The translations under genes were made by a program, and so were the position numbers. From contig NC_058368.1 of the NCBI RefSeq assembly GCF_018350175.1, forward strand, positions 134,480,001-134,544,000: a DNA stretch of 64,000 nt. The letters run 5' to 3'. Shown piece after piece: positions 9,731 to 22,900 of the stretch (position 1 is its first letter; every line of letters starts with the position of its first letter). Under the pieces are notes generated by a model. It was given only the letters and a program-made list of their open reading frames with translations. It had not been told where the DNA came from and searched no databases. Source of the DNA: Felis catus. Its lineage: Eukaryota.

Positions 9731-12409
9731 CTTATTAACCCTTACGTTAATTGCCTGCTTACCGACCTCTTTATCCTCTTTTGTAGAGACCAGTCAAGTT
9801 TTACCCTTCTTCTTAGCAATACGCTCCAAATTCTCCTACCTCTCTTCCTGGGGACCATTTCTCTATACTTTAATAGCTTCCACTGCTTTTCTCCGCACTT
9901 GGCCACCATTATGTCTCTGGGGAAGGCAGCGACCTTGAAGAGTGGGCTCAAATAAAAGCTTGACTAATGCTGAGGTAAGAGAAGCACCCAGGGTGGCCAT
10001 CTCTGCGTTTTGCAACCCGAAGCACCTGACAATGTGGGTAGGTGTCTGCAAGGGGGGAGAGAGCTGGGTTGCAGAGAGCAGACGTGGTCCAGGCTGGTTG
10101 AGCCACCATGGGTCCCTGCCCTTGCTCAGGTGACATCCCCTGTTTTCAGTTCACCACCTCCTTCAGCTGAAGAAAAGGATTGGGTTACCTGGTGGAGCCT
10201 GCTTCCGGCTCCAAGATAAGTTCTTCTGGGACTATCACATCTTCCAGGGCTGTGCTCGCACCAAGCAATTCTGACAGCATTTCATATTTATGTAGGGATT
10301 TTAATTTCTTCCTTTAATACAGTATGAAGAATTGACTCCTTGTGAAAGCCATTTTAGAGGTGTCCTGCTTTATTTAAAAAAAATGGTAACTTGTGTTTAA
10401 ATCTTAGTCTCCAGAGGAGAGCCACAGACATCTAGTTTGCTTACCAGGCTCCCTCTTCCATTACCAGATCATGAATAAAGAGGTTAATAAGTAACATCAG
10501 GCTAACATTATACTTGGTAGAATTTAGTATGTATACCCAGGCTCATATTGACTCACTGATAAGTGCAGATTTGATTGAGTTTTAGGAAAATAGATTCTGG
10601 GGGGTTGGCGGGGGGCGGGGGCGGTCACGGGAATAGTATTATTGGGTGGTGAGAATTAGCCAGACTGAATCAGTAAAAAATCTGAATGGGGAAAAAAAGG
10701 TTTTTCAGTATTTATTTGTATTTCCTGGGAATAATAATAAATATTATTATCTGCTCTGTCAGACACTGTTATAACATCTAATTTAACAATGGCTGTGTTA
10801 GGATAGGTGACTAGAAACATGCCAAGTGAGAAGACTCCCTAACCATATTCTCATAGACAAACGAATGTTCTGGAGCCTCCTTCGTATACTTTGTCTTTGC
10901 CTGGGCTTAAAACCCCATGGGCCTGCAATACGTGAGTGAGGAGAGCCGAGAGCTGGGTGTGAGGTGTAGGGAATGGAGCAGACTGCAGACCGCTGAAGAG
11001 CACATTCTAGTTGATTGTCACTTGATGAAACGGGGGTAGGTTTTACCTGATCGTGTGACGTTTTCTTCCACGAAATCCAGAAATCTCAATAGGTATATCA
11101 TATCCCCTCTTGTGTGTAAAGTGCTAGCCAGGCCAAACACAATACATCTGAGAGACAGATGTGCTTTCCTGCTCTCCAGTTCATGACCTTTGCTCTCTGC
11201 TGTTTGTTTGCACATGTCACGCGTACTACTGTCTTCTCACAGGTAATCTCCTAGTGTGTAGACAGGAAGTCCCCAGCTTTGGAATGCCTGACGTATTACA
11301 GATGATCAGTCAGAATGGCCACTCCGACCTGGGACCCATTTCCGTTCTGTGAGACTCTGCTTCCGCTGCCAGTAGAGCAGTGCGTTGCACTATCAAGCGT
11401 TGCGGCTGTTATTTCCTCCTTACCATCGTTTTCCCTCTATTTTACCCCATTACCCTACAATGGCAGAGGGTCAACAGGCTGTCCTTGAAGCTATAGATCC
11501 TTCATGTGTGGATGGCTTCCTACAGCTAAGGACCTTAGCCATCAATGCCGTTTGTCAGGGACTGCTAAGCAGCTTGATCGTCCCCTTTCCTCCCTCTTCC
11601 CCAAGATTTTACTTCCCAAGCTGATTTACGGAAGACTTGAATTCCCTTCTAAATCTTGCAAGACCTTTGCCTCAATCCCTTTGCCTGCTGCCTAGGATCC
11701 TCATTCAAGAACAGTAAACTCCCATTTCCTCCTGCTTGGGACTCTCTGTGTGGTTTCCTTACCCACTGAGGCAGAGAAGTCAAGGTGCATTACGGCCACT
11801 GAAAGGGTAGTAGGTAGAAATGAGAATGGTGTAGACTCCTCTCTCTGTAACTAACGTCTAGTGCAAAATTACTCCATAGCCACAATATTACACTAGGAAG
11901 GTTGGTTCTCAAGTGCCACTGTGTGCATCCCATCCTGAAGCTGGATGAGAAATGATTAGTTTTTTTCTGTCCAAGCATCCATCAAAGGGCAGAGGCTGTG
12001 TAATCCTCTCATTTCCCCCCAAACTCCTCCCCCGCTGTGTTTTTTTAGATGTAAGGCTTATCATAAAAGTTTTGAGCGTTTCTAATTCTCCTTGCTGTAT
12101 TTATCTAAATTTGAAAACGTCTTAGATTATTTATATGCATAAAAATAGTCACTTCTAAAATATGAGTCACAGTTATTCTGGTCCTTCAGTATATTCTGTA
12201 TGCTATTTTATATACTTGGCAATATATAGACACCAGACTGAGAACCACAGAATGATGTTATGGGTTAATCTAGACTTTATAGAGAGACATAAACAAAAAT
12301 CTAATAATTTTCACATGTTATATTATTTCCATGGAGGGATTTTATTACAAATGGCCAATCTTCAACATTGATTGTTTCAATAAATATTGGTTCAAAAGGC
12401 AAAGGAAGT

Positions 12410-12530
12410 CAGTCTTTACTGAGAGCTAAGAATGTGCTATGTACTTTAAGTGTTTTACCTCTTTCAAACTTCAAAGGTTCTTCTATGTATCCATCATTTT
12501 ACAGATGAGAACCCAGAAGCCTAGCATGGG
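12410..12530 (-). mobile_element. MIR fragment
   Basis: catcattttacagatgagaacccagaagcctag. Confidence 0.65.
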
Positions 12531-12702
12531 AATGGCCAAACCAATAAAGAGAGCACTGGTCAAGAGCTAGCAGAAAGAAGCAGTAGAACCAGATCCTGAA
12601 AGGGGATATGGGGCTGGGGGGGGGGGGTGGGGAGGGGGGTGGCTGTCCCTCTTAGAATTAATGTTGTTATCTCTAAGGAAGGCAGACATAATAGAGGATA
12701 AT

Positions 12703-13178
12703 TATGGTGGTTCATTTTATGTGTCAACTTGACCAGATCACAGAATACCCAGATGTTTGGTTCGGCATTCTTTCTCTGTGTCTGTGAGGGTATTTCTGGA
12801 AGAGATTAGCATTTGAATCTGGAGACAGTGGAGTGCATGGCCATCCCCAGTGTGGGTGGGCATCACCCAATTCATTGGGACATCAATAGGACAAAAAAGC
12901 AAAGGAAAGAAGGATTCACAGCTTCCTGCCTTCCTACTTAAGCTGAGGGAAGTCAGCCTCTCTCTGCCCTCAGGCTGGGATTTAGACCATCAGCTCCCTT
13001 TTAGGTCTTCAAATCCTGCCTTGAGTCGCACCATTGACTTTCCTGGGTCTCCAAGCTTGCAGATGGTAGACTGTGGGGCTTTTTCAGTCCCCACAATCTG
13101 TGATCCAATTTCTCAAATAATCAATCTCTTTCTGTTCTGTTATTACTTCTGTTTCTCTGGAGAACTCTGACTAATAGA
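12703..13178 (+). mobile_element. ERVL solo LTR, MLT2-like
   Basis: Start tatggtggttcattttatgtgtcaacttgac and end tgtttctctggagaactctgactaata match MLT2 LTR termini; ~475 bp. Confidence 0.9.
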
Positions 13179-13687
13179 AAAGTACAAATGTTCCCAAGCA
13201 AAAAATAAGGTTCAGTAAAAATGAAAGCAGAGAGTTTTGAAAAATCTGAGCTTAGAAAATATAAAGAGGCATTGTTGTGGAGATAAGTAAAGGACATATA
13301 AATGAGAAGTGAAGTGAAAGAATGTCTTACCTTTAAAATGTGCTCTTTTTCAGCTTTTTTATTACACACGTAATCAAAAATAATGAGAACAAAAATCCCA
13401 AAGCATTTTTCTTTTAAGACTGTTCATTCTTCAAGTGTGCTATAAAATCCAATAGTTTCTAAAGAAAAAAAATGAATGATTATGGAAATGTAGGAGTTGG
13501 TTTTTAATTGCATTTATTAAACTAGATTTGTCTTCTCGTGTACCCATAGACTTTTTATTACTGGGTGGAAAGAACATGAACATTTTGAAGCTTCCATCTA
13601 GAACATAACTGGCTAAAGCAAAGCACTGCACATCGTCTCTGAGGCCGTCATTGCAGTGGTGAGCCTCTGATGTATGTGCAGTCATTT

Positions 13688-13908
13688 TTTTAAAGTTATT
13701 TATTTTTTTGTTTATTTATTTATTGAGAGAGAGAGAGGGAGGGAGGGGGAGAGACCACACACAGGGAAGGGGCAGAGAGGGAAAATCCCAAGCGGGCTTC
13801 ATGCTGTCAGTGCAGAGACCCATATGGGACTCAATTCCATGACTGTGGGATCGTGACCTGAGCTGAAACCAAGAGTCTGATGCTTAACCGACTGAGCCAC
13901 CCAGGTGC
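13688..13908 (-). mobile_element. Can-SINE
   Basis: T-rich tail, body, and head ...actgagccacccaggtgc. Confidence 0.93.
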
Positions 13909-13961
13909 AGTGATTTTTAAAACAGTTATATTGAAGCATAATTTACTATCATATTTACTCA

Positions 13962-14164
13962 GGAGCACCTGGGTGGCTCAGTCGGTTAGGCGTCCAACTT
14001 CAGCTCAGGTCATGATCTCCAGGTTTTTGAGTTCAAGCCCTGCGTCGGGCTCTGTGCTGACAGCTCGCAGCCTGAAGCCTGCTTTGATTTCTGTGTCTCC
14101 CTCTTTCTCTGCCCCTTTCCCCCGCACACACTCTGTCTCTGTCTCTGTAAAAAAATAAACATTA
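13962..14164 (+). mobile_element. Can-SINE
   Basis: Head ggagcacctgggtggctcagtcggttagg; its tail hosts the next SINE. Confidence 0.95.
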
Positions 14165-14178
14165 AAAAAAACATTTTA

Positions 14179-14400
14179 GGGGCGCCTGGGTGGCTCAGTC
14201 GGTTGAGCATCCGACTTCGGCTCAGGTCACGATCTCGTGGCTCATGAGTTCAAGCCCCGTGTCGGGCTCTGTGCTGACAGCTCGGAGCCTGGAGCCTGCT
14301 TCATATTCTGGGTCTCCCTCTCTCTCTATCTGCCCTTTCCTGCTCATGCTGTCTCTCTCTGTCTCTCAAAAATAAATAAAATAAACATTAAAAAAAATTT
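14179..14400 (+). mobile_element. Can-SINE inserted in the tail of the preceding SINE
   Basis: TSD aaaaaaacatttt at 14165-14177 and 14401-14413. Confidence 0.95.
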
Positions 14401-14515
14401 AAAAAAACATTTTTAAAAATTTCACTCATCATATAGGTATAATTCAGTAATTCTTAGTAAATGTGTAAGAAGTTGTGCAACAGACCCTCCAATCCAGTGT
14501 TTGAACATTTCTGGT

Positions 14516-14755
14516 GAGGTGCCTGGGTGGCTCAGTTGGTAAAGTGTCCAACTTCTGCCCAGGTCATTATCTGGCAGTTCATGAATTTGAGCCCCACATC
14601 AGGCTGCCTGCTGTCAGCACAGAGCTTGCTTCAGATCCTCTGTTCCCCTCTCTCTGTGCCCCTCCCCTGCTTGTGCGCGCGCGCTCTCTCTCTCTCTCTC
14701 TCTCTCTCAAAATAAATGATCATTAATTTTTTTTTTTAAATAATAGAAAAAAAAG
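14516..14755 (+). mobile_element. Can-SINE
   Basis: Head gaggtgcctgggtggctcag; TSD-like gaaca(t/c)ttctg near 14503 and 14756. Confidence 0.93.
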
Positions 14756-15814
14756 AACACTTCTGCTAACCCAGAAAGTTCACTCATGCCCATTTTCGGG
14801 CACTCCCAGCTTGCATCCCCTGCCTCAGGTAACCACTGACTCTCTCTATAACATTTGCATTTTCTAGAAGTTTAATTTAAATGGAATACTGCAGTATGAG
14901 CCTTTAGAGTCTGAGTCTTTACCTTGCATCATTATCTTGGGATTTGTCAATGTTTAGCATGTATCAATGGTTCATTTCTTTCTGTCAGTAAAGAGTATTA
15001 CTTTGTTTCTGTATTTTGTTCCTGGGTTTGGTTAGCCTCCAGTTTTGGGCGACTATAATAAAGCTTGGGTAAACATTTATGTGTAGGGTTTTAGATGGAT
15101 ATTATGTGTTTATTTCTCATGGCTAGATGCTTAGGGAATGGAATGGCTGGGGTATATTATAAATATACCTTAAATTCTAAGAAACTGTCAAACTTTTTAA
15201 AAGCAGCTCCAATAATTTGTATTCCCACGTGGAACATATAAGGCAGGGTTCCTGCTTCTTCAGATCCTCCCCAACAATTGGTATTGTCATTTATTTTTTA
15301 TTATATCTAGTCCAGTGTGTATACATTGGCCTCTAGCTGAAGTTTTAATTTGCATTTCTCTACCCACTAATGATGTTAACCATGTTTTTATGTTCCATTT
15401 ACCCATCCATATGCCATTGGTGAAGTATCTTTAAATCTTTTGGCTCCTTTACAATCAGACTGCCTACTTATGGAATAGTGAGAGTGTTTTTAAATTCCGG
15501 AGACAAGTCATTTATCACGTATATGTCTTTGAAGTGTGTGCCTTGTTGGTGTTTTTCATTTTTTCAGTGATTTTTTTTTTTAAGGCAAGTTGTTTTTTTT
15601 TTCTTTAATTTTGAAGAAGTCCAGTTAATCAGTTTTTCTTCTTAAAGCTTTTTGGTGTCCTATGATATAATATGATAACAGATTTTCTCCTGTTTTCTTC
15701 TAAAGTTGTATAGTCTTTCTTTTTACTTAAGTCTGTGATCCATTTAAAGTCATTTTTTGTGTGGGATGTGAGATAAAAATGTAAGTCCACTGTCTCTGTC
15801 TGTCTCTCTCTGTG

Positions 15815-15845
<31 letters not shown>

Positions 15846-16243
15846 TTTTTTTTTTTTTTTTGCATATGGATATTCAATGCTCCTGTAACCATTACTGAAA
15901 AAAAAAAAAACTGTCCTTTAGTCATCGAATTACTTTGGACCCTTTTAGTGAAAATCAATTGACCATAAATACAAGGCTTCATTTCTAAAATTTCAATTGT
16001 ATTCTTTTGATCTGTATGTCTGTCCTTACCCCAATACTGTACTGTCATGACTGGTGCAACTAACCTTACGAAGTTTTGAAATCAGGAAGTAAAAGTCCTC
16101 TACATTTGCTGTTATTGTTTTTGTTTTGTTTTGTTTTTTTCCAAATTTGTTTGGCTACGCTAAGCCCTTTACATTTCCCTATAAATTTTAGGAGCTTCAT
16201 GTTAATTTCTACAAAAGAAAATATAAAAGCCTCCTGAAATTTT

Positions 16244-16460
16244 GGGGCATCTGGGTGGCTTAGTCGGTTAAGCATCTGACTTCAGCTCGGGTCATGATCT
16301 CACGGTTTGTGAGTTCATGCCCCGCGTAGGGCTCTGGGCTGACAGCTCAGAGCCTGGAGCCTGCTTCAGATTCTGTGTCTCCCTTCTCTCTCTGCCCCTC
16401 CCCTGCTCACACCCTGTCTCCCTCTCTCAAAAATGAATAAACTTAAAAAACAATTTAAAG
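16244..16460 (+). mobile_element. Can-SINE
   Basis: TSD aaagcct(c/g)ctgaaatttt at 16226-16243 and 16461-16478. Confidence 0.96.
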
Positions 16461-17507
16461 AAAGCCTGCTGAAATTTTGATAAAGATTTCTTTGAAGTTA
16501 CAGATTAATTTGGGAAGAATGGCCACCTTAATATTGAGTCTCCAATACATTAACATTAAATGACTCTTCATTTACATTTAAGATGTTGTCAACTGTCTAG
16601 AATATCAAGGACAGGGTGGATTAGAAATGCTAAGAGTAGACGTCCTTGCATTGCTCCTCATTTTAGGAGGAAAGCATTCCTACATTACTATTTTTTACTA
16701 TTTTACTATTTTACTATTAAGCATGATAACAGTTGTCAGGAAGTTTTTTTGTTTTGTTTTTTAAGATGTCTTTTATCAAGCTGAGGTTTCTTTTTATTTT
16801 TAATTTGTGGGGAGATTTTATCATGAATGGGTTTTTGGTTGGGTCAAATGCCTTTTCTGCCTCACTTAAGTGGATAATGTGGTTTCTTCCTTTATGAATA
16901 TGATGTATTGAATTATATGATTTTAAGGTATTAAACCAGATTTGTATTGTTGAAATAAATCTAATTAGGTCATGGTGTAAAACTTTTTTTATGTATTTTG
17001 GGACTTGGTATGTTAATATTTTGTGAAGAATTTTTACTCAAGGATCTTGCTGTGTGGTATTCTGTCTTTCTGAAAAAAAGTCTGAGTAGGATTTGTATTA
17101 TTTCTTAATTTGTGTTTTTTTACTTAATAAAACTTGCCAGTGAAGACATTTAGGCCTCAAATTTTCACTGTGGGAAGATCTTTCATTACTAATTCAATTT
17201 CTTTACTTGATATGGGTCTATTCAAATTTTCTGTTTCTTCTTGAGTTACTTTTGATTATTTAGGTCTTTTTATGAAATTGTTCCTTTAATATACGTCATC
17301 AAATTTGAGATTGTTTTTCATATTTCTTTATAATCATTTTGATTTCTTTTAGTTTAGCATTATAGTTTCCTCTCATATTACTGATTTTGATAATTTATAT
17401 CTTTTCTCATAATTTCTTGGTGAATCTAGCTAATGATTTGTCACTTTGGTTGATTTTTGTTTTTAAAAAGCCAGTGTATGGTTTAATTGATTTTTTTCTA
17501 CTGCTTT

Positions 17508-17727
17508 TTTTTTTAATTTTTAAAAAGAAATTTTTTTTGATGTTTATTTATTTTTGAGAGAGAGAGTGTGAGTAGGGGAAGTGCAGAGAGAGACACAGAA
17601 TCCGAAGCAGGCTCCAGGCTCTGAGCTGTCAGCACAGAGCCCGAAGTGGGGCTCGAACTCATGGACCATGAGATCATGACCTGAGCTGAAGTCGGACACT
17701 CAACTAACTGAGCCACCCAGGTGCCCC
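17508..17727 (-). mobile_element. Can-SINE
   Basis: TSD-like tctactgcttt on both flanks. Confidence 0.95.
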
Positions 17728-17786
17728 AATTTTTCTCTACTGCTTTCTATTTTCTATTTGATTTATTTCTGTTCTGATTTTTACTA

Positions 17787-18033
17787 CAGTAAAACCTTGG
17801 TTTGTGAGCACAATTCATTCCAGAAACATGCTTATAATCCAAAGCACTCATATGTCAAAGCAAATTTCAAGAACCATTGGCTCAGATGTGGTCTGGTCAT
17901 GTCACATTCGGCATCACATACTATTTGTATTACAAGACATCACTCTCGTTTATCAAGTTAGAATTTATTAGAACTGTGTGCTCATCTTGCAGAATCCTTG
18001 CAGAACAAGTTATCACAATCCAAGTTTTTACTG
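17787..18033 (+). mobile_element. Non-autonomous TcMar/Tigger(pogo)-like DNA transposon (MITE-sized)
   Basis: TIRs cagtaaaaccttggtttgtga ... tcacaatccaagtttttactg, flanked by TA at 17785-86 and 18034-35; homologous to both ends of 60644-61538; strand is nominal. Confidence 0.88.
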
Positions 18034-18594
18034 TATTTCCTTCCTTCTGCTTGCTATGAGTTTAATTTGTTCTTCCTTTACTAGTTTCTCTGGGCTGGAG
18101 TTTAAAACTATAAATTTATCTCTAGACACTGCTTTTATTGCATTTCATACATTCTGATAGATGTCTTCTTTTCAATTTCATTTGGTCCAAGTTTGTGATT
18201 TCTTCTTAATCCATAAGCTATTGAGAAATGTGTTAGCTTCCAAATATTTGGGCGTTTCCCAAATTTTCTTTGTTGTTAAGAGCTAATTTAATTCTACTGT
18301 GATTGTAGTATATACTTTGTATGATTTCAACGCTTCTCAATTTATGAGACTGGTTGTAGTGCCTAGCCTATGGCTTAATGTTGTATTTAGCATGTTCTGT
18401 GTATGCTTGAAAAGAAAATACATTATTTTGTTGGGTAGACTGTTCTTTAAATGTCAATTAATCAAGTTGGCTAATAGTCTTGTTCAGCTCTTCTATATTC
18501 TTAGTAATTTTTTGTCTAGTTTTTCTATCACTTATTGAGAAAAGTTATTGAAATTTCAAACTATGTACATTTCTTCTTTAAATTCTGTTTTTTG

Positions 18595-18810
18595 GGGGCT
18601 CCTGGGTCGCTCAGTAGGTTAAGTGTCTGACTTTGGCTTAGGTCATGATCCTGCGGTTCATCAATTCAAGCCCTGTATTGGGCTCTGTGCTGACAGCTCG
18701 AGCCTGGAGCCTACTTTGGATTCTGTGTTTCCCTCTCTCTCTGCCCCTCCCCCACTCATGCTCTGGTTCTCTCTCTCTCAAAAATTTGAAAAAAACCTAA
18801 AATTTTTTAG
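18595..18810 (+). mobile_element. Can-SINE
   Basis: TSD-like aattctgt(t/c)tttt near 18581 and 18811. Confidence 0.94.
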
Positions 18811-20359
18811 AATTCTGTCTTTTTTTCTTCATGTATTTTAGGGCTCTAATTTTAGATGCATATATATTTATAATTGTTGTATCTTTCTTATGTATTGACA
18901 TTCTTATCATGAAATATCTTTTTTCCTAGTAATATTTCTGGTCTTAAAGAGTGTTTGGGTTGATATTAATATAGCTACTCCAACTGTCTTATGGTTACTA
19001 TTTGCATAATGTATATTGTCTTATCCTTTTACTTTCACACTATCTGTATCTTTGAATCTAAGGTGTAGACAGAATACAGTTGGATCTTACTTTTCTCCAT
19101 TTTGATAATCTTTTGATTGCACTGTTTAGTCCATTCACATTTAGTGTAAATCAAGTTGGATGTACATGGCCATTCTTCTAGATGTTTTTTGTATTGTCGT
19201 ATGTTCTTGTTTCTCTCTTTCTCCTTTACTACCCTCTTTTGTGTTAAACAAATACTTATTAGAGTATCATTTACATTCCTCTGTTGACTTTTAACCATAT
19301 GGTTTTAAAGTTACTTATTAGTGGTTGCTCTAGGGATTAAAATATGCTTCTTATTTATCACAATCTATGTCTGGTTAATTATGACTTGATTGCAGTAACC
19401 ATTAACAATCTTGCCCTGATATAACACAGTTCTCCCTCCCACTTTGTGTTATTATCATTATCATTCGTATTACATCTATATATAATATAAAGTCAACACT
19501 GTGGGACATAATTATTGCTTTGTATAGTTTTACAATCTTAAATTATAAAAAAAGAAAAATGTATTTGCATTCTTTTACATTTTAACACATACTTAGCATT
19601 CCCAGTGCTCTCCATTTTTCCCTTGTGGATTCATGTTACCCTCTGGTATCATTTTCTTTCAACCTGAAGAAGTTTCTCTAGTGTTTCTTAGAAAGCAGGT
19701 CTGCTAACAACATATTATCTCAGTCTTTGTATGTTTGGAAATGTCTTTTTTTTTCTTTTTTGCCTTCATTTTTGAAGGCTGGTTTTGTTGAATATAGAAT
19801 TCATGGTTGACAGGTTTTTCCTTTCATCATGTAAAATATGTTGCACAGTCTTCCAATCTAATGAGAAGACAGGTATTAACTGTTACTTACTGTTCTTTAC
19901 CTATATGTTAAAAATTGTTTTTCTCTTGTCATTTAATATTTTTTCTTCGTGTTTCAGCAGTTCGACTATGATGTATCTAGACATTAATCTCTTGGTATTT
20001 ATGCTACCTGGAGTTCCCTGGCCTTGGATCTGTAGATTAGTGTTTTTCATGAAATATTTTTTCTAACTATTTTCCTTTCTTTTCTCCTGGTCAGATATCT
20101 TTTACACATATGTCAGTGTGCTTGATGGCTCACAGGTCTGTGATATTCTGTCCATTACTCCTTGATCTTTATTCTCTACTTTCTTCATATTAAATAATCT
20201 CGATTGCTCTATCTTGGTGTTCCCAGATCCATTCTTCTACAGTCTTAAATCTTCTATTGATCTTGTCTAATATATTTTAAGTTACACTTTTCACCTTGAG
20301 AATTATCATTTTTGTTTACAGTTTCTATATGTCTATTAAGATCCTCCATTTGTTGTTTT

Positions 20360-21150
20360 TAAAATAAGCTCTTTATTTTGGCAAAGTTTCACCCATGCAG
20401 ATACATTGTTAGAATATTGGAGAGTTCCCATATACCCCACATCCAGTTTCCCCTATTGTTAACATATTCTATTTGTCATACCTGAGCCAATATTGGCACA
20501 TTATTATTAATTGAAATCTTTATTTACTTAGATTTCCTTAGTTTTTACTGAAAAGTCCTTTCTCTGTTCCAGGTGTCATCCAGGAAATCACATTATCTTA
20601 AGTTTTCATATCTTCTTAGACTGTTCTAGACCATGATAGACATTCAGCCTTTTGAGTTTTAGATGATCTTGAGAGTTATAAGGAATACTACTTGGTATAT
20701 TGTAGATCATCCTTTAATTTGAATTTGTTCCTATGTTTTTCTCATGATTAGACTGAAATTATGGGCTTTTTAAAGGAGGATAATAGAGTAAAGTGTTATT
20801 GTTATCACATCATATCAAGGGTCCATAGTATTAACATAATATATCACTGATTATATTAATCTTTATCACTTGGCTTTGGGAGTGTGTATCATTTCGCTAG
20901 TGAGAAGTTACTCTTTTCCAACTTTATATACTATGCTCTTCAGAAGTAAGTGACTATCCATATCCTACACTTACAGTGGGGAGCTAACCTCTATCTCCTT
21001 GAGGTGAGAATATCTATGTAAATTATTTGAAATTCTTCTGTGTGGGAGATTTGTTCACTTTGTCCAATTTTTTATTCAATAGTATATTTGTATATATATG
21101 GAAATAGGTTATTACTTTATACATTGAGCGATAATCCAATACTATATTAT
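20360..21150 (-). mobile_element. Old L1 3' end (L1MC4-like)
   Basis: gagagttcccatatacccc...tttcccctattgttaacat...ttttctcatgattagactga resembles L1MC 3' UTR. Confidence 0.8.
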
Positions 21151-22460
21151 TGAGCAGAGCTTATAATTCCTGAACACAAATGGTATCAGATAGAAATCTG
21201 GCCCTGTAAGAAGACATGAAGAATACCGGGACATTTAAAAATCACTTATATCATTATATACCATTAATATTTTTTAAGACTATTGACTAAATTACTTTAA
21301 AGAAGTATCAGTTTTGTAGCATGTATGAAAATAAAATACATGACAAAGAACACAAAGGATGGGTGGACTATAGTCTGAAGTATATTGTAGAAAGGTTTTT
21401 ATGTTATTTGTGGAGTAATTGAAGATTAAAAAATTTTTTTTAAGTTTACTTATTTTGAGAGGTAGAGCTAGCAAGGGAGGGGCAGAGAGAGAGAATCCCA
21501 AGCAGCCTCCATGCTGTCAGAACAGAGCTAGATGCAGGGCTCAAACTCAAGAACCGTGAGATCAGGACCTGAGCTGAAATCAAGAGCCAGACACTTAACC
21601 GGCTGAGCCACCCAGGTGCCCCAGTAATTGAACATTTTTGAAGATGGACTCTGACAAGTTAAAGATACATAATGAAATATTTGTAGTAGCCACAGAAAAG
21701 TCAGTACAAGGAGGTGTAGCAAATGACCAGTAGAGAAGATAAAATGAAATGCTTACAATGGTTTATCACCCACCCAAAACTACATTTCCAATGGAATGGC
21801 TAGCCTAAAAAAATGACAACACCTAATTTTGAAGAGGAATTGGAATAACAGGATTTCTCCTACATGGTCCGTGGTAGTATAAAATGTATAGCCATCTTGG
21901 AAAACGGTGTGGCAGTACCTTAAAAAGGTAAATGAAAATCTTGTGTGACTCCATAATTCCAGGCCTACCTTTTTGTCCCTCACTGCCCCCAAAGAAAATA
22001 CATACATGAAAAGCATTATTAAAGAATGTTTATATCAGCTTTATTCAGAACTACCCTAAATGTCCATTCCAAAGAGATTAGATAAACACATGAGGTATGT
22101 TCATTCAGTGGAATACTAAAAAAAAAAAAAAGAAAAAAAAAGAAAACTAATAACACAGCATCATGAATGCTTTTAAAAACATAATGTGAAGTAAAATCAG
22201 TCAGACACAAAAAAGTACATATTATGTGATTCTTTTGGTATGAAGTTCTAGAATATACCATGTTCATCTACTGTAATAGAAATATTATCAGTTGTTGCTT
22301 CTAATGGGGAAGATAATTTACTAGGAAGGGTTCTATGAAAATGTTTTCTTTTTTTTTTCAAAGTGGTCATAACCAGTGTATTATTTGTCAAAAGTAACCA
22401 AATGTTTACGATGTATTCATTTAAGATACATGTGTTAGTAAATTTTACCTTAATATAATA
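21150..22460 (+). mobile_element. Old L1 fragments (ORF1 end/inter-ORF, then L1ME-like 3' part)
   Basis: gccatcttggaaaacggtgtggcagtaccttaaaaaggtaaa; aagaatgtttatatcagctttattc. Confidence 0.75.
21424..21622 (-). mobile_element. Can-SINE
   Basis: TSD agtaattgaa at 21414-21423 and 21623-21632. Confidence 0.94.
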
Positions 22461-22489
22461 CTAAATTAATTAAAGGACTTCAGGTAACT

Positions 22490-22900
22490 GAAGTCAGTGG
22501 GACCAGTTTGTAGGCTGTTGACTATTTTGGTTAAAAGTGAAGACTTTCTGAAATAAGACAAAGGTCTTAGTAACTGAGGAGAAAAGAATAGGTTCAGAGA
22601 TATTAAGACTAGATAATCTTTAAGAATTGGTGACCAATTATGGAGAAAAGTAATACAGAGAAAAGAGTAATAGAAGCCTTCCAGGCTTTCAGATTGAGTA
22701 ACTAGGTAGGCCATAATACCATTTTCCAAGAATGGAAGATCAGAAAGAATAAATTTAGGAAAAAAAATGAGCTCCAACTTTGTTATCTTGAATTTAGATG
22801 CTATCCAGTTAGAGATACTTAATATCAATTAGATCTAGATTTTGGGTGACAGAGTTGGGCTAGATTAGTAAATTTGGGATTTGAAGGTTTGAAATGAATT
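22490..22900 (-). mobile_element. L2 fragment
   Basis: Degraded L2-like text (ccaggctttcagattgagtaactagg; gagttgggctagattagtaaatttggga). Confidence 0.6.

Larger units (their letters stand above)
13912..20350 (-). mobile_element. Old L1 (L1M-type), long degraded copy spanning 3' UTR, ORF2 and ORF1 remnants, interrupted by younger elements
   Basis: Typical antisense L1 text (gttttaatttgcatttctctacccactaatgatgtt; aaaatcaattgaccataa); minus ORF 15629-16048 contains ORF2-like peptide (QYWGKDRHTDQKN, YLTSHTKNDFKWITDL); many stops and deletions. Confidence 0.88.
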
